A DNA stretch of 59,488 bases, counting the filler, from Sphacelaria rigidula (Eukaryota): assembly GCA_964200075.2 (NCBI GenBank). It is 10 parts of 10 records of this genome, joined end to end, with 100 filler letters (N's around TTAATTAATTAA, not from the genome) between each part and the next. Parts side by side here need not be neighbours in the genome. Positions count along the whole stretch, not along the records: positions 47,673 to 53,530 come from CAXNAA020023926.1; positions 53,631 to 59,488 come from CAXNAA020023927.1; 8 more parts are not named here. One strand, given 5' to 3'. The position numbers and the translations under genes were made by a program. Positions 48,671 through 59,488 of the stretch are shown one piece after another. The notes beneath the pieces are model-generated. The model searched no databases and was not told the origin of the DNA. It saw only the letters and a program-made list of their open reading frames with translations. Within the stretch, counting starts at the first letter, position 1; every line of letters starts with the position of its first letter.

Positions 48671-50564
48671 ACCCGTCCATGATTTCGGAAAGGGTGATTC
48701 ATCCACGGGCATTTTTCTCTCCCTCCGATATTCACGGGCAATCTTGCAGCAGTAGGATAAGCTTGTTCGCCGGCCATCGCCCACCCAATAGCCATAGCCG
48801 CAACAACACCTGCATCGGGCAAACAGTTTGGAAATCGATGCCTCACGAAGAAGTGAAGCCTCGAGGGGGGACACGTCAGGTTCTCTATCTCTCTTCTTTT
48901 TTTACACTTAAAACCCCTCCCCTTCTTCGGAGCGAGTACGCGGTCTCAAGGAATCAAAGCACTTCTCTTCGGTACAAGCCTTGCAAATTGGTCTCACGGA
49001 TTGGGTCAGCACTCACGCACCGCGTCAACTCTCATCAAACAAGCGCAGTCAACTATTTCTTGTCTAATCACCAACATTCCCCTTTCGACGGTGGACACCA
49101 GATACTTCGAAGAAAAACCCAATGCATCTGGCATGCATCGAGTCCACGTTATCTCCATCCCAATGGCGACAGTCGGACCATTACGCAACCAAAGCGCGGC
49201 GGTGTCGCTTCCTATATTGTCAAATCGTTACGTCTCAACAGTTATCGAAATGCGTTTGCAAACTTATTTTAGCATATCGTGTGTGACATCCTCGCATACC
49301 GCATGTTAATTCAGCTTGGTCGGCAACAGCTCGTCCAGCAATCACAACGAGAGATGCGAGTTGCACTTTTGCTTTGGCAAGTTGTGCGCAACATACTCGC
49401 ACACCACATATGTTCAGTTTGATAAGCAATTTCAGCTACTCTATCAACAATCAAAATGTTGATGCAGACATTCTATCTGTACAGCAGCGCGCCAATGATT
49501 CCAGCTAGTCAACACCAGCGATTGATAATTTTGGAATGCAAAGATCCCACATCGCGTGTGAGTACCAGTCAATTTCCATCGCTGCTCCTGTCCAAACAGT
49601 CCCCTACACCACCCCCAGCTTCTCTAGCCCAACCGTTTCCGTCAGCTGCTGATGCCCAGGGCGTGACCAACCGCCCTTTGGCATATCTTGTTTTCCCCCT
49701 TTCTAGAAACTGATATTAAGGGTCGGTCCAACAATTTTCAACGAAGGGTTCCACATCTACGTGCAAAAAACAAAAGAGGGAGCAACATCATCAGCAAAGC
49801 AAACGGCGGTTACTAGTCTTATTTTGGGACGGTACTGGTTGCTATCAGTAATGTGGTTTCAGTGCCCGGTGCCCAGCAGTCGTCTGTATCCTCTCGACTT
49901 TATAAACATCTTATCGACATCATCACGCAATCAAGTCAGGCGGTTGCGTCCAACTGCCCGCATTTATCGAGACAACAAACAGATGACATTATCAACAAAT
50001 CCAGCTAGCAAGCGTTGCCTCGCGACCCACGCTTGTCAGCGTAACAAGAAGTGAGGCATAGGTGCTGAGCTCGGCAACTATATACACATGGTCCCAACAC
50101 TGAAAAAGGTTTTCCCGCAGACTCCGGGGTTAATGCATTACCGACATCATCGTTCAATCAAGTCAGGCAGTCGTGCTTCACTTCTACCAGCACCTACCGT
50201 GATGACAGTCACATTATCGCATCAACTAATCCAGGTAGGAAACAAATGTCTTGCAACCTACACCCACGAGGATGACAAAACGTGCGGTACACCTATGCAG
50301 ACTTCGGTAGTGTCACAGACATAGCATCAAACAGAAAAATATCATGCACAGACTCTTCATAACACACGCGAGGTTATGTATTCGAGCACTTTCCCACCAT
50401 ATATCATCCTCCAGTACGTTGTCTGGATAATCGCGTTGACCCAAATACTTTACGGTTCGGACGAATATAATCGTGATTCGACTCATACTCGACATTTGTG
50501 CGAACTAATCATGCGATTCCTATACAAATTGTGGTTCGTACATATTGGGTTCGTGATTAGTGCG

Positions 50565-50622
50565 ACACTATTTCGAGTGTACACATTCCGAGTGCACACA
50601 TTCCGAGTGGACACATTCCGAG
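50565..50622. repeat. 15-bp tandem repeat (CACATTCCGAGTGNA) x ~4
   Basis: Direct reading. Confidence 0.85.
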
Positions 50623-50689
50623 TTCGTGATTCGTGCGGTACACCGTCGACGGTACACGTTTTTTTACCTTCCGTTCGTATGGTTTAGAG

Positions 50690-51192
50690 GTACATGTTTT
50701 CCAATTTTCATCCATGCAGCATGAATCATAAGCTCATGTTCCCCACCTTCTATTCGTTCGCTATGAATCATCGATATACGTTTCTCCCCTTCGATTCATG
50801 CAGCATGAATCACAGGCTCATGTTCGTCAACTTTCTTTCATACGAGATGAATCAAGCGTACATGTTTCCCATTTTTCATCCATGCAGCATGAATCATGGG
50901 TACACGTTCGCCGACTTTCTCTCATACGAGATAAATCAAGCGTACATGTTTCCCATTTTTCATCCATGCAGCATGAATCATGGGTACACGTTCGCCAACT
51001 TTCTCTCATACGAGATAAATCAAGTGTACATGTTTCCCATTTTTCATTCATGCAGCATGAATCATACGTACATGTTCTGCGCCTTCCATTCATTTGAGAT
51101 GAACCGAGTGTACATGTTTCCCACTTTTCATTCATGCGGCGTGAAACGACGTACATGTTCGCCACCTTCTGTTCATACGGCATATACCATGA
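50690..51192. repeat. 42-bp tandem array, ~12 units with an 84-bp dimer higher order
   Basis: Units such as GTACATGTTTCCCATTTTTCATCCATGCAGCATGAATCATGG alternating with GTACACGTTCGCCRACTTTCTCTCATACGAGATAAATCAAGY. Confidence 0.92.
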
Positions 51193-53699
51193 GAACCATG
51201 CGGGCATGTTTGTTTTTGCTCCCTCCATCGGGAAACATACAGCACAACTTCGTCACTACGGGATCATGAACCGGGCAACGTGAACAGTACTGATTACCTT
51301 GTCCATTAGAGCAAAAATGACATCATGTCGTGTTGTGCGGCTATTAATTGGGTGACCAACTCGTACGTCGCATCAAGAAGGCTGGGGGTTTTGGATGGGA
51401 GTTGTTTGTTAAGCCTCGGAGGGGTTGAAAATCGCAGGTAATCCCTTTTATGGTATCTATATTTCACGCTTATCGTGATCCACACGGCTTAGTCAAAACA
51501 CAGAAAGGGGCGCAGCAGCCATGCATATGATACGACTCGTATAGGACGGGGTAAGGCAAAGGGCAAGACTATTGGGCCGTCTACCTCGTGCCGTTATTCT
51601 GCTGCTCATTTCCCCTGCGACATAGTGACTGATCTAATTCTTCAATCTACCGTATTCTTACTTACGCGGGGAGGATCAGCCAAGGCCAATCGAGTGGCCG
51701 CAGGTGTACGCAAGAACGCTGCGAAGCGTTTTGAGGAGGCCAAAGCTAGCCAGACCCAGGTCACCACCGATCTCAGGTGAGAGCCAAGATGCGCGTAGAA
51801 GTGCTACAGAGGTATATACTTGAAAGAGACACTGGAAAGTCTAAACAGCCGCGCCTAGCTGGTGCCACAATCTTAGACTTTCCAAACCAAATCTCGGTCT
51901 TTGCATGCTCATGGCGGTGGCGGTGGTTCACAACACACCATGTTGGCGTGATGACCGCCTTCGCGACGCTGTCTTTGAAGAACATTTTTTAACTCTCGAC
52001 GCCCCCTAGGATGTGTCTTCGGCAGTCTTTCGGGGGATTGACCTACGCCACAACCTCAGTTGCTTCTGTTCGGACACCATTGCTGACCTCAGCAGCCCCT
52101 CAATCGCTGCGTCATCGCACGTAACAGAAGCACGATGGACACCCTACGGTCGGCGTTGGAAGAAGAGGCAGCACGGACGACGCGCATGGCGATAGAGCAA
52201 AAGGCAGCTCTCAAGAGAGCCAACGATAATTTCAATGAGGTGCAGATGCTAAGCGTTTGTTTGGTTCAAATACCCCAGTGTTCGGTTGTCTTTCACTGAC
52301 GTTGTTAGCCCCAAACAACATACGCATATATGATATCTATAGTGTATTCAAAGCTATGAAACGCCCAAGCGGACGAAAACTGGCCTTGTCTTTCAGGTGG
52401 TTACATTCTGAACGACACAAAATAGTATCCATCTGCACGACCGGCACTGTCAATACGTCACGGAAAGCTACAGCATGGCAGCAGAGCAACGCTCCACGCC
52501 GGTGTACAGCCGCGATTGACGGGAACAAAATCGTCGGAAAAGACTCTGAGTTGAAACGGCGAGGTGGATATACATCTTATGTACAAGAACGTATGCTAAA
52601 CAATCGTCATTTGACAAAGCCACAATGCCCTCCTTCTGACGAGCATTGAGGATACTATTTAGCGGCCATACATGAGCCGACGCATCCCAGGAATTGGCCG
52701 CCATCGTGTGTATTTCCAGTCGATCGTATCGGAAAAAGTGCAATATCTGGTGTTTGCTTCAATACGTACACGTATACGTGTCTACAAGCAGACATCCCAA
52801 ACAGTAGGGTATAGCAAAGAATGCAGCTATAACATGTGATGCCGTATTTCTCAGCAGCCAAACACGGCGAAGTGTGTAAGATGTTTTGTGAAATATACTG
52901 CCGGGATCGGTGGAAGTTGAAAGTGTGACAAGATCAATCGAAACGGCCTAAGCCTCTTCATCATCGTTTTTGAACGGAAGTTGCCGATTCTTCGCTACTC
53001 TTCCATCTATCTGCGTACACACTGGCTTGACTTAAAAAAAACGTACACAGCAATAATAACCACCATAGCATCCACTCAACGTCTTACTCTCTAGCCTATA
53101 AAACCCGGCCCTGCTCAGCTCCGCGCCCGCACACCGATTGGTGTACTCATCATCACGCAACCGCACCACGCTACAGATTTGATGACCGTGACACATGTGG
53201 GGGCTTACGTTGATGCCCCAAAAAGCACGCGGGGGGGGGAAATACATGAGATCAGCCCAGAGTTGAATTTTTCGGATTTTTTTCATCATCATTCGTTACC
53301 TCCCTCCCCCCCGCCGCCTTGGTTAGGCACCCATGAGGCAGTGTAAAAGCCGTGGCTGCCTCTGGAAGTGGCGATACCACAGAATAAAGCAACTTGTTGC
53401 TGGCTGACATCCGAATGTAAGATCATTAGTAGGCTTCGGGCCGAACACTCTTAGCAGGATCCAGCTCACCCTTCATGCGACTTGCCGGACACACCACGGC
53501 GCTCCGCGCTTGGTGGTTTGAGTGCAAGCCNNNNNNNNNNNNNNNNNNNNNNNNNNNNNNNNNNNNNNNNNNNNTTAATTAATTAANNNNNNNNNNNNNN
53601 NNNNNNNNNNNNNNNNNNNNNNNNNNNNNNCGTCAAGTGACTCTTGGCACTAACCAGAGTTTTTCTTCGGCAGGTGTGGTGCCTGTCGACCGCAGCGCA

Positions 53700-53960
53700 G
53701 AATGTTTGCGCGCTGATCTATCTATACCCGGTTCTGTTGGTTCTTTTATAGCTCGAGTTTTTCTCGACTCTGGATCAGCAGTCACGTCAATAAGTGTGGG
53801 GTTACTGCAACAGCTGTCTTCACAGTTTGTTCGAATCTCGGTGAAGCCAGACGATCGGAGATTGATATCACACATCACGACCTCCGGGGGATAGCGAGTA
53901 CAAAAGGTCTTTTTGACATTGAGAGTGAAGCTGACGATTGTGAAACAGAGTTCAACCGGA
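53700..53960 (+). mobile_element. Retropepsin (LTR retrotransposon aspartic protease, probably Ty3/gypsy) remnant
   Basis: ARVFLDSGSAVTSIS active-site motif; in-frame stop at 53892-53894. Confidence 0.65.
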
Positions 53961-55372
53961 AGATGGCTGTTTTGATGCGTTCCATTGATGCACGAAACGC
54001 TTATGAGTAACAACAAGAACGACCCGTAGGTCGAATCGTGAATAGAAGCAGGGACGAGCACATCAGTCATCGAAACTCTTTTCTCTGTCAATGCGCCATG
54101 TACGTTAAATAGGTTATGATTACTCGTCGGACAGAATGCCATACATTCCAAAACGGTTTGTCCGATTAATACGTCGAACGCGAGTGTAGGGCATCGACCC
54201 GTCGCGTTTCCAAAGAACCGTATGTCGGCGTTCATTTGCTTTCGAAACATTTGTCCAACGACAACTTCGTCGGGACCTCAAAGCTGTGGTTGAAAAGATT
54301 ACAGATCAGGGTCACCCGGTAGCGTTTCATGTGAAGATAGTGCCGATTTCATAAAGGATAAAAGACATTTGACTCTCAATCGAATGCCATGCTCTCAATG
54401 TCACGGAATCATCGTTTCATGTCATGAGTACGCAACGTTCGACTTCACGGCTGACGATGGAAAGGAATCACCAGAGGCTTTTCGTGACAAAAAGGATGGC
54501 AAGGTTAGCAGAATGAAGGTGGGGTACTGAGGAGGGAAAACGATACACATCTATTGACCCTTCTTCTATGTAACCCCGGCTGATGCGTTTACGTACACTG
54601 AAAGGTGTTGACTGGCGTCCAGAAAAGATAGGGCGGCAACACACACAACTAAAGTATTACGGCGTCATAGTGCAGTTGCGGACAGCCTGTCGTATGCATG
54701 TGCTAGTGCGTGTCCTCCACAATGGTGACCGAGCTCTGAGCACCACCTCTGCGTAAGTCGGGTCGACTGCGCGGCGTGGGCTCAAGCTGAGGTCATGGTT
54801 TGCATCACCGACCACTCCCGACGCAAGGACAGGCAAGAGCACAACGGGAAACTGCTGTTGTCTGCAGCCGTACCGTTGTGTATTGGCCGTATACGGGCAG
54901 TGCACATACTCCAAGAACATGATGCAACTCACCGCCCAACGACCATCTTCATGCTTTGCCGATACGGGGCAAAGAAAAAAGCACCGTAGAACGCCAACAC
55001 AGGCAAGCGCAGCTGAAAGATCCCATCGCACCATCGAGCGTGGTGTCAGTTCGGGACAGCAGCGATGGTGTATACACAAGTACACAGCGGAGCCGGAGGG
55101 CAAGAGGTGGCGCAGGGTGGTGTAAGCTAATATCAGTGCATGTGTACGAGGTCACGCCATGTGGAACATGGAGAATTGCTGATAGATAGCAAAAGCGGCG
55201 TCGTGTGTTTTCATCGAATACAAGTACGAGTACGCGTACCTGACCTTACAGCAAGAGACCTCGGACCGTAGGTGGAGGATGAATGCAGGCAACCGCACAT
55301 CATAGTTTCCTCGATCTGGTCGACAAGTTCGACGGTTCAAAACCCCTTGTTGTACGTGTAGACGAGCACAGA

Positions 55373-55815
55373 ACAGTCGATCATCGAAATTGAAGGTGGC
55401 GCTTGACATCGAGGATGAGAACCCGGAAGATTCAAGTATTCGTATCCGCACCCAATCTTCGAAATATGATCCCGCCCCTTCATCTACTAGTAGCTGTTTG
55501 CAGGTACTACACGTCATACAAATTTGGATTCCGATAACGGAAACGTTGGGGTCCTAGGTGAAAAACCAATTTCGAGGAATTCCGACACTTCGATTGGATC
55601 CCTTGAATTCCCTAGAGTTGGTTTTTCGTCTAGAACGCCAACTTTTCGGTTATCGAAATCCAAATTTGTAGGGCGTGTAGCAGTTGTCGATAGCTACCAG
55701 TAGGTGAAGGGATTGAACTATATTTCGACGGTTTGGTGTGGATACAAAGATTTGTAATCCTCCGTGTTCTCACCCTCAATGAAAAGCTTCATCCTCAATT
55801 TCGATGATCGGCTGT
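55373..55815. mobile_element. Foldback MITE, same family as 20728-21304
   Basis: ACAGTCGATCATCGAAATTGA ... TCAATTTCGATGATCGGCTGT. Confidence 0.85.
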
Positions 55816-56319
55816 GATATTGGATCTTCCAGCGGCCGAGAGTCCCGGACGCCCGCCAGAGTGCGCCCGCCTCGGTTTCGCTCGAGTCGGCGCCCTCGCG
55901 TTAAAACGTACCTTACTGTGGCTATCCTATCTGCAGCTAAGAAGCTACTGGCTGACGAAAAATGGTGGTGGGTACTAGGAGCCATGTCGCATCGTAGAAC
56001 TGATGGCTTCAGATGTATGATGACTACAATATTATGAACTCAGGCTGGCGTGCAGCTAGCTGATGCTCTGCTTTGTATATATTTGAGAAAGTAGGATCCG
56101 GTCGTTGAAGAGCCAAAGGTAAACAATCTGGGTACCCCACCCCAGAGGTGTACCGCTCCTGGGCGTTACTTGCAGCTCCAAATATCTCAAGGCAGAAGCT
56201 CGATCATCGACTGAAACCAGAAGCTGCGTGTTATTCCTCAGAGCATCACAACGGCTGAGCCGACTTGCCCCTGCAGTTCCAAATCGACAGAACAACGAAC
56301 ACATGCACACACTACACAC

Positions 56320-56991
56320 CTGTCCGTCCGCTGGATCCGCTCCACCACGGAGAGCCGCATGTCCACCTGAACGCGACATCCCAGTGTTGCGGGGAATTGT
56401 TTTGATGTATCCGCGGTTGACCCTCCTCGTCCCGTGGCGGCGACGAACTCTGCGGCTATGCGTAGGCCTCCAACCAGACTTGTAGCGTGTTCTTAGACTA
56501 GCGCCGGCACCGACATCTCGAGTGGCAGCGGCAGTGGTAGAGGCCGTGGTAGTGACAAAGGCAGCGGCAGCGAGACGGAACGACAGGGTGACGGTGATCC
56601 AGCTCAAGACGACCAGTTCGAAGGCGGAAGCAATCGCAATGCCGAACGTCGCGGCAAGAGCGAAAGCAGTAGCGAGATACACCGAGCTATAGATGGCCGC
56701 GGTCCGCGTAGAGGTACTCGAATCCACAGGAGGACAGATTTCGTCGAAGATGTCGCCGAGGATTGTCAAATTCTTGTTAAAAATCTCGCGGCGCATGCCG
56801 CCAGGTTTCCCGGGGCGATAACGCCTGCCACGGACCAGTCTACACGCGTTCCACTTTTCCGGAGCGATGATCGTCGGTCCACCGCCTCCATCGGCGTCGC
56901 TGTCGTCCTCGCCGCCACCGCTGTCGCTGCTGCTGTTGGCTACCACACAAGCTTCGTCATCCGCCCTTTCCGGCGTTGCAACCACATAGGC
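56320..56991 (-). CDS. Exon 3 of OTU-like/membrane gene (acidic linker, hydrophobic segments, Arg-rich tail)
   Basis: GGCAG acceptor, CAG|GTGTGT donor, 672 nt in phase 0, inside the 354-aa ORF. It either splices to 56238-56270 (stop) or reads through to 56056. Confidence 0.6.
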
Positions 56992-57133
56992 CTGCCGCTT
57001 TGAAAGGAGGGTGGATACGAGACGGAAACGGACAAAGCCAGGAAAATGGATCAGGTTTCGTACCGTGAAGACAACAATGAGAAAAAAGATACAAGAAATA
57101 ACTACCACATTCGCGCGCACTTTAATATCTTAC

Positions 57134-57580
57134 CGTGCATGTCTGAAGCGCTCCTCCAATGATGAAGCGGTAGAAAGAGGTGGCCATTTCCCTGGCCCCG
57201 TCGCAAAAGATGGCTATTGCCGTCGTGGCGCCGCGGGCGAATATAGTAGCGATGGACTTGACCTTGAGCGCGGAGAGAACCGTGGCTACCACCAGAAGCA
57301 ACGGAGGCAGGAGGAGCACGCATGTCACCACCCCTAGCGATGTCTCATCCGCAACGCCCTCGATGTCACCCGCAGATTCACCAGACGTGGCCTCGACGTC
57401 GCGCACCGCTTCGCGGGAGCCGAAAGCAATGCCACCATCCCCGCTACTGTCGGTGTCGCTGGTGATGTCGCCGTTCGTGGAACTAGCTTCGCCCACCGTG
57501 CCAATAGTGGCTCCCCTTCCACCAGCCACCTCCCGGCCAGCCGCCTTGTCGATCTCCTCAGCCACCTCGTCAGCCTCAGC
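57134..57580 (-). CDS. Exon 2 of OTU-like/membrane gene (acidic linker plus hydrophobic helix)
   Basis: ACCAG acceptor, ACG|GTAAGA donor, 447 nt in phase 0. Confidence 0.65.
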
Positions 57581-57733
57581 CTGGTTAAATTGAAGCCAGA
57601 AACAACGTGGGATTGAAATTTGAAACAATATGGGTTAGATTGATTAAATTATGATGGAAATAGCTGTGACAATACCAGCATGTATATACCTGCCCACCAT
57701 TTAGTCTCTTTACAACAATTCGACTAGACTCAC

Positions 57734-58384
57734 CGGTGGAACCACAACCGCTTCGTAGTGTCCCCGGCGATAGTAACGAGCCATGGGAATTCCCTCGGTG
57801 CTCTCGTGCCGCCCGTACGTCGATAGCAATTTCCCTTCCTTGTTACTTTCAACGATCCTGAAACCATCCAGCCGCAGCAACTCAGTCCCGATCATCACCG
57901 TCCTCCAGCCGATGTAGCCGTCGGGACAAAGTATCACCGCCTTGAACATCTCCATCGTCTCGATCTCGTACGTCGTGTCGCACACTACATTGCGGAATTT
58001 TCGGGGCTCCTTCGACCCGTCGCCAAGAAGTCCATGACACTTTTCATGGCCGTCGGCTGCTGCGACGATGTCCTCATGGAGCTGCTGCACCCTGCCTTCC
58101 ATCTCTGTGGTGAGCTCGCCGTTGACGGACGCGAATACGGTATCGTAAGGGATTCCGTCTCTCAGATCGCGCAGAGTGATCAGGGTAAGGAGCGTGCACC
58201 GACCAAGGCCGCTGTTTGGCATCGTCATCACGGTGTTGCCTCCCGTATCGTGGAGACGGATGGGGACATGTGGCACACGGTTCTCCGTCTTCCCCTTCCG
58301 TGCTTTGATTCTCGCCCTCTCCTTAGCACGCTTCTTCGCTTTTCGCTTCTCATACAGTTGCTTGGCCGTTTTGACGCGTCGCAT
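57734..58384 (-). CDS. Exon 1: basic N-terminus plus OTU-like cysteine protease domain
   Basis: PNSGLGRCTL (compare DGNCLF) ... YYRRGHYEAVV (compare HY.AV); CCG|GTGAGT donor in phase 0. Confidence 0.6.
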
Positions 58385-59488
58385 GTTTCACCTGACATGG
58401 TTTCGAAACGTCGTTGTATCGAGCGGTGAGGTGGATGGTCAAGGGGTGGCGTCACAAATAGATCCATGTCAAAGCGCGCGTTTCATTTTAGCGCGGATGA
58501 AAGAAGATATTGATAAAGGGGGCCTCGTAGGTACTAACACGGGGGTACGCGCTTGGGACACATGCGCGAGGGGAGGGGGTGATTGGATATATTTGAGAGC
58601 TGATGGAGAGGTGCTATTTGTTAAAGCTGTATTATTTTGTGATGAGAGGAGGTACTTGTTTAAAAATAGGAAAATACGGGGAGGGGCAGGGCACATGGAC
58701 ACTCTGACTTGCTTTTTGAGCAGAGCTGTCCTCGAAAATATTTTTGATATTATGTAAGGCCTTTTTTGTGCGGGCCCGTGTCCTCTATTAATACTATGAA
58801 CGACTAATGCCGAGAGAGCCCCCCTGCAAAAAGTGCACCGAAGACCGTCCGGCAAACCGGCTGCGATTCACTGTTGGGCTCGTTTACAGCAACTTCGCCC
58901 CCATGAGAGGCGTGTAGCAGTGCGAAATCAGCTATGACGCCCAAATGAGTCGCGTCGGCCAGCAAGAAACCAGCTCTAACGGCATTTATGAGTATCGCCC
59001 CCGTGCACGTTTTTGGCCGGTTTGGGGGGGGGCTATCTCGGCAGTAGTCGAACCACTCTGTTGTTTCTCAGTCTATGATTTCAAATTAAAGTTTATAAGT
59101 CGCGGCGACTCGTTTGGTCGTGGCGACCATCTACAAGCCGCGGCGACTCATAGATGACGTAATGGCCAAAACAAGCCTTCCAATCACCGAGAGTGGAAAA
59201 TCCGTTTAACCTAGATGCTGGAAATGTTGTAATAATTCGTGGTTGTGGCACTGTCCTTACCACAGGCCAACTACTGTTCAGCGAACAGTTGTATGCAGAG
59301 GTTGCATGCACCGTGGTTGATTAGACCACTTGCTTCCGCAGCTTCAGAATAAATCAGTGAGACAAATGGTTGATTGGGCGCTTACTTGGCCAACAAAAGC
59401 AGAACTTGCAGCTTCCTCTTAATACGGAGAACTGATGGTAATGAAGGAGAGTGACTGTAGGGGGCGGTGAGGACCACCGACTACAATT

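Noticed and set aside
50690..51192. CRISPR array
   Set aside because: Whole units are homologous with no unique spacers, there are no cas genes, and the context is eukaryotic.
53633..54250. 205-aa minus-strand ORF
   Set aside because: Antisense to the retropepsin remnant, with no recognisable motif.

Overview
This is eukaryotic, intron- and repeat-rich DNA, most consistent with a brown alga (Phaeophyceae); that assignment is inferred from gene structure and repeat content and is not verified. It is not one locus. Nine identical 100-nt linkers (N44-TTAATTAATTAA-N44) join ten separate contigs of 5858-5859 bp, so nothing should be linked across a spacer. Spliced gene fragments that can be reconstructed are a NAA60-like GNAT acetyltransferase, a PIP kinase, an NME7-like NDP-kinase exon, a damaged calcineurin-like PPP phosphatase, a five-exon TMC/OSCA-like membrane protein, and a compact short-intron gene with an OTU-like protease motif plus hydrophobic segments. 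The rest is mobile DNA: a copia RT/RNaseH relic, a retropepsin fragment, an RTE-like LINE fragment, a LINE family whose 3' ends abut C-runs, tRNA-headed SINEs and several MITE/foldback families with readable TSDs. The most notable items are a phosphatase exon duplicated tail-to-tail into a ~250-bp-arm hairpin, the OTU-like membrane gene, a 42-bp phased tandem array open in three frames, a ~750-bp-arm inverted repeat, and CAC...GTG MITEs with 8-bp TSDs.
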